64,000 bases of DNA from the human T2T-CHM13v2.0 reference genome, Homo sapiens: NCBI RefSeq assembly GCF_009914755.1, contig NC_060925.1. One strand, 5' to 3'. The notes under the pieces are model-generated. The model was given only the letters and a program-made list of their open reading frames with translations. It searched no databases and had not been told where the DNA came from. Both the position numbers and the translations under genes were made by a program. Of the stretch, positions 27,716 to 45,525 are shown one piece after another; position 1 is the first letter of the stretch, and every line of letters begins with the position of its first letter.

Positions 27716-28615
27716 GAGGAGCCAAGATGGCCGAATAGGAACAGCTCCAGTCTACAGCTCCCAGCGTGAGTGACATAGAAGACGGTGATTTCTGCATTTC
27801 CATCTGAGGTACCGGGTTCATCTCACTAGGGAGTGCCAGACAGTGGGCACAGGTCAGTGGGTGCGCGCACCGTGCGCGAGCCGAAGCAGGGTAAGGCAAT
27901 GCCTCACTCGGGAAGCGCCAGGGGTCAGGGAGTTCCCTTTCCTAGTCAAAGAAAGGGGTGACGGACGCACCTGGAAAATCGGGTCACTCCCACCCGAATA
28001 TTGCGCTTTTCGGACCGGCCTAAAAAACGGCGCACCAAGAGATTATATCCCGCATCTGGCTCGGAGGGTCCTACCCGACGGAGTCTCGCTGATTGCCAGC
28101 ACAGCAGTCTGAGATCAAACTGCAAGGCGGCAGCGAGGCTGGGGGAGGGGCGCCCGCCATTGCCCAGGCTTGCTTAGGTAAACAAAGCAGCCGGGAAGCT
28201 CGAACTGGGTGGAGCCCACCACAGCTCAAGGAGGCCTGCCTGCCTCTGTAGGCTCCACCTCTGGGGGCAGGGCACAGACAAACAAAAAGACAGCAGTAAC
28301 CTCTGCAGACTTAAGTGTCCCTGTCTGACAGCTTTGAAGAGAGCAGTGGTTCTCCCAGCACGCAGCTGGAGATCTGAGAACGGGCAGACTGCCTCCTCAA
28401 GTGGGTCCCTGACCCCTGACCCCTGAGCAGCCTAACTGGGAGGCACCCCCCAACAGGGGCACACTGACACCTCACACGGCAGGGTATTCCAACAGCCCTG
28501 CAGCTGAGGGTCCTGCCTGTTAGAAGGAAAACTAACAAACAGAAAGCACATCCACACCAAAAACCCATCTGTACATCACCATCATCAAAGATCAAAAGTA
28601 GATAAAACCACAAAG
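27716..28615. promoter_or_regulatory. L1 5'UTR CpG-rich bidirectional (sense and antisense) promoter
   Basis: YY1 site caagatggcc at 27723-27732 intact; many CpGs retained; 900-bp length fits the form lacking the 129-bp ZNF93-binding segment. Confidence 0.8.
28071..28160 (-). pseudogene. L1 ORF0, truncated to 29 aa
   Basis: MAGAPPPASLPPCSLISDCCAGNQRDSVG then TAG, created by a 1-nt deletion (ctacccgacg versus consensus ctacgcccacg). Confidence 0.8.
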
Positions 28616-29629
28616 ATGGGGAAAAAACAGAACAGAAAAACTGGAAACTCTAAAAAGCAGAGCACCTCTCCTCCTCCAAAGGAACGCAGTTCCTCACCAG
28701 CAACGGAACAAAGCTGGACGGAGAATGACTTTGATGACCTGAGAGAAGAAGGCTTCAGACGATCAAATTACTCTGAGCTATGGGAGGACATTCAAACCAA
28801 AGGCAAAGAAGTTGAAAACTTTGAAAAAAATTTAGAAGAATGTATAACTAGAATAACCAATACAGAGAAGTGCTTAAAGGAGCTGATGGAGCTGAAAACC
28901 AAGGCTCGAGAACTATGTGAAGAATGCAGAAGCCTCAGGAGCCGATGTGATCAACTGGAAGAAAGGGTATCAGTGATGGAAGATGAAATGAATGAAATGA
29001 AGTGAGAAGGGAAGTTTAGAGAAAAAAGAATAAAAAGAAATGAACAAAGCCTCCAAGAAATATGGGACTATGTGAAAAGACCAAATCTACGTCTGATTGG
29101 TGTACCTGAAAGTGATGGGGAGAATGGAAACAAGTTGGAAAGCACTCTGCAGGATATTATCCAGGAGAACTTCCCCAATCTAGCAAGGCAGGCCAACATT
29201 CAGATTCAGGAAATACAGAGAACGCCACAAAGATACTCCTCGAGAAGAGCAACTCCAAGACACATAATTGTCAGATTCACCAAAGTTGAAATGAAGGAAA
29301 AAATGTTAAGGGCAGCCAGAGAGAAAGATCGGGTTACCCTCAAAGGGAAGCCCATCAGACTAACAGCGGATCTCTCAGCAGAAACCCTACAAGCCAGAAG
29401 AGAGTGGGGAGCAATATTCAACATTCTTAAAAAGAATTTTCAACCCAGAATTTCATATCCAGCCAAACTAAGCTTCATAAGTGAAGGAGAAATAAAATAC
29501 TTTACAGACAAGCAAATGCTGAGAGATTTTGTCACCACCAGGCCTGCCCTAAAAGAGCTCCTGAAGGAAGCGCTAAACATCGAAAGGAACAACCGGTACC
29601 AGCCACTGCAAAATCATGCCAAAATGTAA
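28616..29629 (+). pseudogene. L1 ORF1p (disrupted)
   Basis: MGKKQNRKTGNSK...NHAKM; premature TGA at 29003-29005 (CGA>TGA) and one in-frame codon deletion. Confidence 0.95.
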
Positions 29630-29692
29630 AGACCATTGAGACTAGGAAGAAACTGCATCAACTAACGAGCAAAATAACCAGCTAACATCATA

Positions 29693-33519
<3,827 letters not shown>

Positions 33520-35584
33520 ACAATGAGATCACATGGACACAGGAAGGGGAACATCACACTCTGGGGACTGTTGTGGGGTAGGGGGAGGGGGGAGGGATAG
33601 CACTGGGAGATATACCTAATGCTAGATGACGAGTTAGTGGGTGCAGCACACCAGCATGGCACATGTATACATATGTAACTAACCTGCACAATGTGCACAT
33701 GTACCCTAAAACTTAAAGTATAATAATAAAAGAAAAAAAAAAAAAGCCACCGCCAGCATGCCTCTAGTTGCTGCCTCAGTCTGAGGAGCTCGGCTGTTTT
33801 ACTGCTGACACCATCTTATGGTATCCTTTGCACGATGCTAACTTCCTCCGCTGAGGGTGAAGCCTCACTTACCATTCTCTGCAGCAATCCCACCAACCTC
33901 TCATCCAGTGACTCTAGTGGGGCCCTTTCACTGGGCCCACTTTGTACTTGGCTCTCCATAGTTCCTCTTAACTCCGTGATCAAAAGACATTTTTACATGT
34001 GTTATAAGCCTCTTTTAAAAAAATCTTCCTAGGAAAGACTCTCTTCAAATCTCTACTAGAACAGGGCTGCATCCAAGTGAGTCCTTAATAAATAGAATTT
34101 GATCATGGTAAGAAGACATGTCCCCTGCTCGTGTTCTTGTCAGTCCTGAATGGGTGAGGCAAAGTGCTCAGACACTGTGCTAGCAAAGGGATTTTCAGTC
34201 TCTGCCTCCCTAATTATGACATTCTTTTTCTGCCTCCCACAGGCACAAGGGCCCTGACGAGGGAGTGCTCAGTTCTTTGGTGTGAAATATAGTAAGATAG
34301 AGGCCATTGGCTTCAGAGGAATAGAGCTGGATAAAAAAGTACAAAAGGAATGTGACCAGTAACAGGAATGGCATTTAGAGGACCTGATTCATCTCTTCTA
34401 CATTGTTCAGGACGATTGCAAAATCCATTTCTCCTTCTCTGTCCCTGCTTCTCTGCCCTTCCCCCAAGCTTTCTTGCTCTCTGCCACACGTGCGTGTGCA
34501 CACACACGCGCGCTCGTGCTTGCTCGCTCTCGCTCTCTCTCTCTCTTTTCTAAGGCTCCAGGCATCCGTCCCTGGAGAAGTGCACCTTGGGAAGGCGATG
34601 AAATGAAAGAAGGGCACATCCTCCTTTAACCCCAAACATCTGAAGTCAGCGCCACGCACTACTGCGATTTCCTGGGCCAAATGCATTATTCAGGCAAAGC
34701 TCCCATTCATGTCAACAGTCTCAGCAGGATTTATCAAATTCAGCCATATGGACAATATTCACAGATACTCATTCAAGAAGCTCTCACAGTTCCAACTTCC
34801 ACCTTGTTGACTCTCTCTCATCTGTTTTTCCCACAAGTCGTTCAATTCAGTTGTTGGGCAACCGTTCAGGGAAGCCTTTAAGTAGAGATTTCTGCTCTCT
34901 CATTGGGCAGAAGAGAGGACAGGCAAAACAGTGAGACCGCCAAATGAGGAAAGAAAATTGGAAGCACTTCTCTGATTTAGTACCAAACTTGCTCCAGGAT
35001 AAAACTGCACTATACCAAAAACTCTGGCAGGGTATCAGGTACTATGGGGTGGGCAAAGTTCCCAGGTTCTACTTCCAGAGCTGACTGCACCAGGGAGACC
35101 CACGTGCTCCCGAAGGCACCGCACGCAGGGCAGGGCATGGCCAGAATGACAGCAGATGTCAGCTCTGGACTCTTAAGGACCCAAAGGTCCAGGGTCACAT
35201 TTTTTGTTACATACCAGCTTCCTCCCCTACTCACGACTGGAGAGTTGCGGCTTCTGCCCCCTTCAGTCACAGCTACTTGGGGTGTCTGAAAGCATCAGGG
35301 CCATGCCATCTAGCAATCTTCCCCAAAGTAGGGAAACAGCGGTACCCTGCACAAGCTTGGCATAGAGGTGTTCCCTCAAAATTATCTTTGCACACAGTTG
35401 GAGGATGACCAAAATATAGGTTGCCATTTAGGCAAATGACACGAAGGAAGAGATGCTTTGTAGCTAAGTATCTTTTCCATACTGGGCACCCACTAAAGGT
35501 TAGCTGTATACATGAATGGATCGATGATTGGATGAAACGACACATGAAAGGAAGGCATTGTTTTCTCAACCAAGCCAAGTACTA

Positions 35585-36231
<647 letters not shown>

Positions 36232-36569
36232 GAAAATGTAAACTCGCCAAGAGCTCAGCAGGAATGGACGTGTTACTCTCAGAGTAGACCCCATAACAGC
36301 CACCCAGACACGTGAGAAGGCAGCTTTGCCTTAAGACAGACATTAAAGGAAGAAATTCCACCACCTCTCCCTGTAATCTTTGCCAGCGTGTGTCAGCCAT
36401 CACTCTTGGGAAGCTTTTTCCATCTCCCTACGTTCTCTTAGATTTGGAAACCCACAACGGCTCCCAACAAGCTCCTCTAGATGGCTCCACACCTTCGGCT
36501 TGTGGTTTAAGTCCCTCTTCAGTTGTTCCTGAGTCTCATATCTAGAGGAAACTACTACGGGGGAAGTTA

Positions 36570-36731
36570 CTGGGATGAGATTGGCAAGCGGCCCCTCCAC
36601 CTGGGATGAGATTGACAGGCGGCCCCTCTATCTGGCCTGCTTCTCTGTCTTCAGGCTGGAAAGGGGCTCACTAGGTGGGCGGAGGGCTTCTGTGTCTTCA
36701 GGCTGGAAGGGGCTCACTAGGCGGGCCGAGG
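36570..36731. repeat. Two adjacent imperfect doublets (31-bp and ~47-bp periods)
   Basis: ctgggatgagattg(g/a)ca(a/g)gcggcccctc twice, then gcttct(c/g)tgtcttcaggctggaa(a)ggggctcactagg(t/c)gggc twice. Confidence 0.9.
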
Positions 36732-36889
36732 CCATGCGTGGCCCTCCCTGGGCATCTTGTCCCCCTCTCTGTTCAGCTTTTAAAAATGCCTTTGTGGGCT
36801 TTGTTGTGGGTAGGGCTTTCTCCTACCTGTTCCATGAGTCTGGAAGCCCCTGTGAGAGAGGAATTGATGAGCACAGCAAAAAACAGAAC

Positions 36890-37505
<616 letters not shown>

Positions 37506-37589
37506 TAGCATGCTGCTTTCTATGTTGTATTTAATTAAGTATTTGTTAAATAAAAATGGAAAAATATGCATCATGTATTTGTGCCACTA

Positions 37590-38080
<491 letters not shown>

Positions 38081-38120
38081 TGACCCATTTCATCAAGTTG
38101 CTTCCTTAAAACTCTCTCCT

Positions 38121-38504
38121 TATATTAGTTCGTTTTCACACTGCTATGAAGAACTGCCTGAGACTGTGTAATTTATAAGGGAAAGGGGTTTAATTGACTC
38201 ACAGTTCCGCATGGCTGGGGAGGCCTCAGGAAACTTAAGATCACGGCAAAGGTGAAGGCGAAGTGGAAGCAAGGCAGCTTCCTCACAGGGCGGCAGGAAG
38301 GAGAATGAATGCAGGAGGAACTACCAAACGCTTACAAAACCATCAGATCTCAAGAGAACTCACTCACTATCATGAGAAGAGCATGGAGCAAACTGCCCCC
38401 ATGATCCAACTACCACCACCCAGTCTCTTCCTTGACACATGGGGATTATGGGGATTATAATTCAAGATGAGATTTGGGTGGGGACACAAAACCTAACCAT
38501 ATCA
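38121..38504 (-). mobile_element. THE1C/D MaLR solo LTR
   Basis: 'ttaattgactcacagttccgcatggctggggaggcctcagg...gagatttgggtggggacaca'; 5-bp TSD ctcct. Confidence 0.92.
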
Positions 38505-40215
38505 CTCCTTTAATTCAGCTTCACTCTCGGAAGAGCTTTAATACAATGACAGCCACCGCTGCTACCTGTTGAGCACTCACACTGCGCTAACGGAGCCTCT
38601 CACACGTTTTCACAGAAACTTCAGGGTTATGACTGTGATCTGTAGATGAGAAAGTTGAGGCCCAGGGAGATTAAATGGCACGTTCAAGGCCACACTGCTT
38701 CCAAGTGCAGCAATCTGGACCTCTGACCTTCCCCAGCTCCTTCTGACTCTACAGCCTGTTGTCAGTCACTAATCTTTACTGCCTTCCAGTGAGCCTTAGA
38801 GATGATCAACACAACAGAGAGCGACACTGAGGCCCAGATACATGAGGTGACACCTGTGGCTGCGCTGCCCATTAGCTACAGAGCTGGGGTGATGCCTCGA
38901 ACTCACGATGCCTGGCCCAGGGCTCTCTGCTCCATTCCACTTGCCTCCGGCCCACGTGACCTCTCCCCCAATCCACATCCCATGGTTTCCTCAAGATGCA
39001 GCTCAAGGCTCACTTCTTCCAGACAGTAAAATCCTCCCACACGCACTCCCGGTATTTCGCTTCTCCTTTGCTCTGCTGGCTGAATTCGGTTGGACACACA
39101 CTCTCATAGCAGCATCATGTCCTACTCTATGTAATCTTCCAAGGAGGAAAGTGTGTTCCCCTTCCCATCCCACCACCTAAGAGTGTCCTGGAATTTGGCA
39201 GGGCACTTGATGAATGCTTTTTGACTGGCTATGCCATAAATTTATGCAATCTAAGAGCTGGGTGGGCCCTCCCTTATCACACTTATTTTCCAGGTGAGAA
39301 ACTGAGACCCAGAGATGTGAGGTCACTCATCTGGTTACAGAGCTAATTAATGAGGAGCTGAGTCCAGAACCCAGTCTTCTGTCTTCTAATCTGTCCTCTC
39401 CTGCTGCTGAGCCCATCTAACCAGGATTCTTTATCATTTTGCAGCACAGAGTTGTGCCCTGAAGCCTGAAGTGGGCAGACACGAGGAAAGAAAGGTTAAA
39501 TTCTACATTTAGTCATTTTAAGGAGATATGAAAGTACTACCTTTTTATTTCCATAGGGAAAAAAAGATGAAAAGGAATGCTGAACATAAAGAAAGGAATA
39601 AAAAGCAATGCAAATTCCTAGTCTTTATCCACATATTAAATAAAGACACTCTGTCCTTCTCCCTCTGTCCCCTCCCACCTCAATATTGCTTGCTCCTTAA
39701 GACGGGCCAGGGAAAATGCAATTCTCTCCAGAGTAAAGTGTGAAAGACTAGAGAGGTGCATTAACATTTTATAACCTCAAAATTCTTCAATAAATTAACA
39801 TTATTAAAGGATATCCGGTTCTTCAGTACCTTGAAAATGAAATGACACCTTCTAGAAAATATAGATTCACCTCATTTGCAGGTTTGCTGTATTGTTAGAG
39901 CCATCTACATGTCCCTTTCCAATAAAAAGAAAGGAAGTCATACACCTCTGAAGCATTTTATAGTTAATGAAACACTTGAACACATTATTTTTTTTTGATG
40001 ATAGGTCATTATGTGCTTATTTTTTGACATTTTAAAAGTTTTATTGTATGTTTAATAGACAAATAATAATTGTACAAATTTATAGGGCATGGTGTAATGT
40101 TTGGGTACATGTACACATTTTTATCCCAGTAAGATGTAAATCTTTGGAGAAAACCTGATGCAGATAGAAGAGGCTTCTGATACATATTAGGACATGGATG
40201 TCAGTTTTTCTGATT

Positions 40216-40509
40216 TTTTTTTTTTTTTTGAGACAGGGTCTCATGTCGCCCAGGCTGGAGTGCAGTGGCATGATCTCGGGCTCACTGCAACCTCTGCTTC
40301 CCGGGTTCAAGCATTTCTTGTGCCTCAGCCTCCCAAGTAACTGGGATTACAGGCATGAGCCCCCACGCCCAGCTAATCTTTGTATTTTTAGTAGAGATGG
40401 GGTTTCGCCATGTTGGCCAGGCTGGTCTCGAACTCCTGACCCCAGGTGATCTGCCTGCCTCGGCCTCCCAAAGTGCTGGGGTTAGAGGCATGAGCCACCA
40501 CGCCCGGCC
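40216..40509 (-). mobile_element. AluSx-like
   Basis: Full dimer; TSD agtttttctgatt at 40203-40215 and 40510-40522. Confidence 0.95.
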
Positions 40510-40904
40510 AGTTTTTCTGATTCTACTTACTAACTCACACTTACCCAAGAGTTGTCCTCTTCACCTTCTTAGCCTGGCTTTTTTTTTTTTTTCCGTACTG
40601 CCCTCCAGAAGGAAGACAATCACTTTTTTTTTTTTTTAAGATAGGTCAACAGATTTTAATGTGAGAGAGTATGAAAAGTTCACTTATATGGTTTCAGAAC
40701 ACCTTATAACTAACCTATAAGAAGCTAACTTAATTCTAGGGATTAAATAATGGAAGTATTGAATATTTAATCAATCAACAAGTATTTATTGGGAGCCTAT
40801 TGTACACTGGGCACTATTCTAGGCCCTAGGGATATAAGATTAAACACAGCAGGGGGAGTTTCCATTCTCCTGAGGTTCCACACTAGGGCCCTTTCACGGA
40901 TGAG

Positions 40905-41640
40905 ACAACAGGCAAATTCAAATTGAAACCACAGTGAGATACTACCGCCCATTCACTAAAATGGCTAAAATCAAGAAGACATGTAATAACAAGTGGTAGC
41001 AAAGATATGGAGAGGTACTCTCCGTATTACTCTCATATATTACTGGTGGGAATGTAAAATTATGCACCCACTTTGGAAAGCAGTTTGGCAGTTCCTCAAA
41101 ATATTAATTGCATACTTACCATATGATCTGGTAATTCCACTCTAGATATACACTTGAAAAAAATTAAAATATATTTCTATATAAAAACTTGTGCACACAT
41201 GTTCACAGCATTATTCTTAATAGCTAAAAAGTAGAAAGAGCCCAAATGTCCATCACTTGATAGATAAATATGCAACATTCATAAAATATTACTTGGCAAA
41301 AAAAGAAAATACTGATACATGCCACAACATGCATGAACCTTGAAACTATGCTAAGTGAAATAAGTCAGCCACAAAAAAGCAAATATTTTATAATTCCATT
41401 TATATAAACTGTCTAGAATAGGCAAATCTAGATAAATAGCAGATTAATGGTTATCTAGGGACTGGGGGGCTGGGGAGACGGGGTATGACTAATGAGTATG
41501 GGGTTTCTTTGGGGGTGATAAAAATGTTCTAAAATTGATTGTGGTGATGATTGCAGAACTCTGTAAATATGCTAAAAGCCACTGAGTAGTACACTTTAAA
41601 TGAGTAATTATATGTTATATGAATTACATGTCAAAAAAGA
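40905..41640 (+). mobile_element. L1MB (MB7/8-like) 3' fragment
   Basis: 'aaaccacagtgagatactac', 'actttggaaagcagtttggcagtt', 'aaatgttctaaaattgattgtggtgatg'. Confidence 0.85.
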
Positions 41641-41694
41641 TTGTACATAACATAGTATGAAGATATACTGAGAACTAGTGGAAGATGATCTCAG

Positions 41695-42043
41695 CAGTTT
41701 GTTCTCATGCTGCTAATAAAGACATACCTGAGACTGGGTAATTTTTAAAGGAAAGAAGTTTAATGGACTCAGTTCCACATGGCTGGGGAGGCCTCACAAT
41801 CATGGCGGAAGGCAAAGGAGAAGCAAAGGCACGTCCTACATGGCGGCAGGCAAGGGAGCTTGTTGAGGTGAACTCCCACTTATAAAGCCATTAGATCTTG
41901 TGAAACTTATTCACTACCAGGAGAACAGTATGGGGGAAACTGCCTCCATGATTCAATTATCTCCACCTGGCCCTGCCCTTGACATGTGGGGATTATTATA
42001 ATTCAAGGTGAGATTTGGGTGGGGACACAACCAAACCTTATCA
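41695..42043 (-). mobile_element. THE1B-like MaLR solo LTR
   Basis: 'gctgctaataaagacatacctgagactgggtaatt...gcctcacaatcatggcggaaggc...gagatttgggtggggacaca'. Confidence 0.92.
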
Positions 42044-43084
42044 GTGTGTGGGTAGGCAACTGGCCTGGGCACCATGTTGCTGTTTTTCTTCTGTAACTCT
42101 ATAGAGAATACCCCTCTGGGGAAGTTTCTGGGCCAAAAATTGGTGACAGATAGTAATCAACAGATATTGCTCAGACTACTGTAGGAAGTAGAAAGCTTAG
42201 CGATAACAGATTTTCCTGGCAACACCCACCCACTAATAATATTTACAGTTTGCTAGAGTGGCACCAGCTGTATGAAGATTCACTAAAATCTCACTTGAGA
42301 TAGGCAACACCTATCTCTAAACCAGAAGAGACAGGTATTTCTTTCTTCTTCCTCTCCTCATGTCACCTCCTAACCTCCACAGTGCCCATGTTGAGTTTTA
42401 GAATTGGCATTTAGAGCAAGACATAGATTCTTGGTGGGTGGCCTCTTGCCAGCTGGTCCTGCCCCCCTCCTCGCTACAGATCACAAGTGTTGGCCTGGTT
42501 TCTCTCACCACAAACAGCAGTATCAACAACCTCATCCAAACTTCACGTACCTCTTTACCAAACTAGAGCTAATCCCAAGTAAACAGCATTTGGACTTCAG
42601 AAATCCGGTTCCACGTTTGTGTGAATGACAGATTCCCCAATATTTTCGCAGGGCCTCACCCTCAGTTATTCTTTTCCATGATGACAGTTCTGTATCTTAC
42701 TGAGACTAATAAATTACTGTCCTTCACAACAGAGGTACACAAAAGGCCTCAAACGATGAGCTGGCTAAAATGTAGCTGCTCTGTTAACAATGATGGAATG
42801 CTAGCCATGACATATGCATAGCAACCAATTTTTCCTCATCTTCACCAGTGGGAAGGAGCTAGCATTTGGCCAAGACCTTTGATAAGTGCCATGGGTCCTC
42901 TCACACCCTCAGCCATGAATATTTCGGGGTAAACCAGGTACCTGGGTAACTTTCTCATGTGCTATTCTGCCACAGCAGGGGCAACTGCCCTTACAGTCTT
43001 GTCCCAGAAGAACCACTAACAACTTGAAGTTTCCATCAGTGAGAAATGCACCTGCCACACAGACCACTTTCTAGCATCACTCAC

Positions 43085-43247
43085 ACAAAGGTTGTCGATG
43101 TTTGGACCAAGTTCGCCAGAGTATTTTTTCATTTGGTTGAAGTTGTTTTCAATGTTTTCCAGTGACTGGAGGTCAAGTCTGGAGCAGTGGCTTGTATTAA
43201 TAGATCCTTTGTGAGGGCAGCCGCTGAAACGACACTTCAACTCATCA
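43085..43247 (-). other. Candidate 163-nt exon
   Basis: Branch-like cctgac plus ttggccgtgttttctgttcgcttgtcAG acceptor; TGT|GTGAGT donor; one frame open throughout; local CpG retention. Confidence 0.4.
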
Positions 43248-43927
43248 CTGACAAGCGAACAGAAAACACGGCCAAGTCAGGTTTTGTGGCCACCCCTCAA
43301 ACTGGCCCTGAAAATGGCACTGATTCTGGAGATGGCCAAATGATTTAAGTGTGCATGCACGTGTGTGAGGGATAATCTTGGTTCCTAATTTGGGCGTTTT
43401 GAATTGGAAACTTTGCCGGACATTGCCTAAATCAACGGTCAAAGAGTACAGTTTGTTTTTTCTCTGAGTAACAGATATCAGTTTCCTAAAGCTCACTGCC
43501 TTTCTTGGAGGAGGGAGGGGAGGCCTTTGCCAACTTTGTCTACCTCCACGCTTTTTGGGCTTACTTTCTAATGAATGGGCAGGTCTGGGGCATCTTTTAC
43601 CACATTCAGTCCAGAAAGGATCTGTCTGTCTCATCTAACCTAAAGCCTGGCTCAATAATGCCTGGTCAAGAGGCTGGGTCTCACCCTTCGGGGCTCGTTT
43701 ATATAATGAGTGTCTCTGGGTTCAGATCTTCTCAATAAAACATGTCTGCCTAGCACAATCCTTCTGAAATTTAATGGCTGCAACCCTGACAGCCTTCAGG
43801 CTGGGAATTTATCCGACATCAAATGAACAGGCAGCAAACAGGATGGAGCAATCTTTCCCAAAGTGTGTTCCATGGAACTCCAGGGTTCCATGGGCAGTTA
43901 AGTTTGGGACAATGCATTCCACCCCTG

Positions 43928-44562
43928 TCTTATTTCTAAGATTCTAAGACATCATCAGTTTTAAGCTCCTCATCGATTTAATGTTTTTTTTGTTTTTTTT
44001 TTGGAGAGTTGAGGAGAAGATGACACCTGATTATAAGTATATAGTTTTGTTTTTAACACACAGTAAGAGCCTACATTTATCTAGATGAGCACTCAGGATT
44101 TCTTCTTTAGTATCTCAGTTATAGTTTGCATCTAATCACTCTTTGCCGTCTGAGTCTAAGGGTTCACTGAGTCACTTTTGACCATTAGAAGTTATATGGA
44201 ATCTTAAAAGGACAAGTTGCTTTTCATAAACTTATGATCTTGGTCTCCTTTGTATCCTTAGAATAAACAACATAATGTTGAATCCTGTAAAGAAATATTC
44301 AAGTTTCATGTGCCTTTTTTTATAAGCTTATTGTTTCATATTTTCCTTAATTGAATAACGTGACTGAAAGGTATTGACTTTGCTAAGTGTCAGCTGGAAG
44401 CTCTTGACAGATTCTTGGAGATGGAGTGATAGTTCTTCATAATGGGGGAATCAGCATTCCAAGAACTGTCAAACCACCTTCTCCGCACAGTGAAGCTTCC
44501 ACGATCCATTCCTAGACATTTGGCAATCTCTGTTGCCTTTAATTACTGCCCGGAATATGTGA

Positions 44563-44599
<37 letters not shown>

Positions 44600-45525
44600 A
44601 CAACAACCTGCTTTTATAATACTGATTCATAACAATGTTTTTAAAATACACATTTTGGAATAATTTTAGATTTACAGAAAAGTTGCAAAGATAGTAGAGT
44701 GTTCCTATACACCCTTTACCCAGTCCTCTGTTGCTAACATCTTACATTACCAAGGAACATTTGTCAAAACTAAGAAGCAAATGTTGGTATGTGACTATTA
44801 ACTAAACCCCAGGCTTTACTTAGATTTCACCCGTGCATCTACCCACGTCTCTTTTATGTTCTGTTCTGACAACAATGCATTCAGTTGTCATGTTGCCTCA
44901 GTCTCCTCTGCTCTGTGGCAATTTCTCAATCTTTTCTTGACAGTCTTGAAGCGTCCTGGCCAAATATACTGTACAATGTACTCTGATCTGTGTTTCTCTC
45001 TTGCTTTTCTCAAGACTAAATGGAGGTATTTTTGTAAAAAATGCCACAGAAGTAAAGTACCCTTCTCATTACATCCTATCACAGGGGACGTGGCAGCCAC
45101 ATGGCCTCACTTGTGAAGCTAACCTGATCCCTTAGTTAAGGTAGTGTTTGCCAAGTTTTTCCACTGCAAGGTGTAGCAAATGAAGGGATCTAAGTTAAAT
45201 TCAACTTTGGTGGACTCCCTATTTTAAGAACTCACCTGAGGTGCCATCAAATGGGCAAGCATGTACAAAGACTGGCTAGGTCCCTGCATCTTGTGCAGGC
45301 AGGGACAACCTCAGCGTCCTGGCCAGGGCCGGGAGCTCATTGGCGTGAGAAGCCAGACACACTCACTCTCAGGGTCTCACCCGCATGAATCTTGCACCCC
45401 ATGCACCTCATTTAACTTGCTCTATGCCCATCCCCGCTTCTGACACTGATTCCAAAGTTTACTCTAATTTTAGAAACATTGAAGTATAAAAACATGGGCT
45501 TTTTATTTTAGAATCAAGTGTACTG
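43928..45525 (-). mobile_element. Kanga/MER104-like (TcMar Tc2/pogo) DNA transposon with transposase remnant
   Basis: Ends 'tatttctaagattctaagac' and 'ttagaatcaagtgtactg|ta'; minus-strand peptide fragments LKATEIAKCLG, ICQELPAD, HVIQLRK. Confidence 0.65.
44650..45170 (-). mobile_element. L1MC4/5-type 3' fragment
   Basis: 'aataattttagatttacagaaaagttgcaaagatagta...aacatcttacattacc'. Confidence 0.85.

Noticed and set aside
27687-27899. 70-aa antisense ORF as L1 ORF0
   Set aside because: Wrong position and sequence; true ORF0 starts at 28160 and is truncated.
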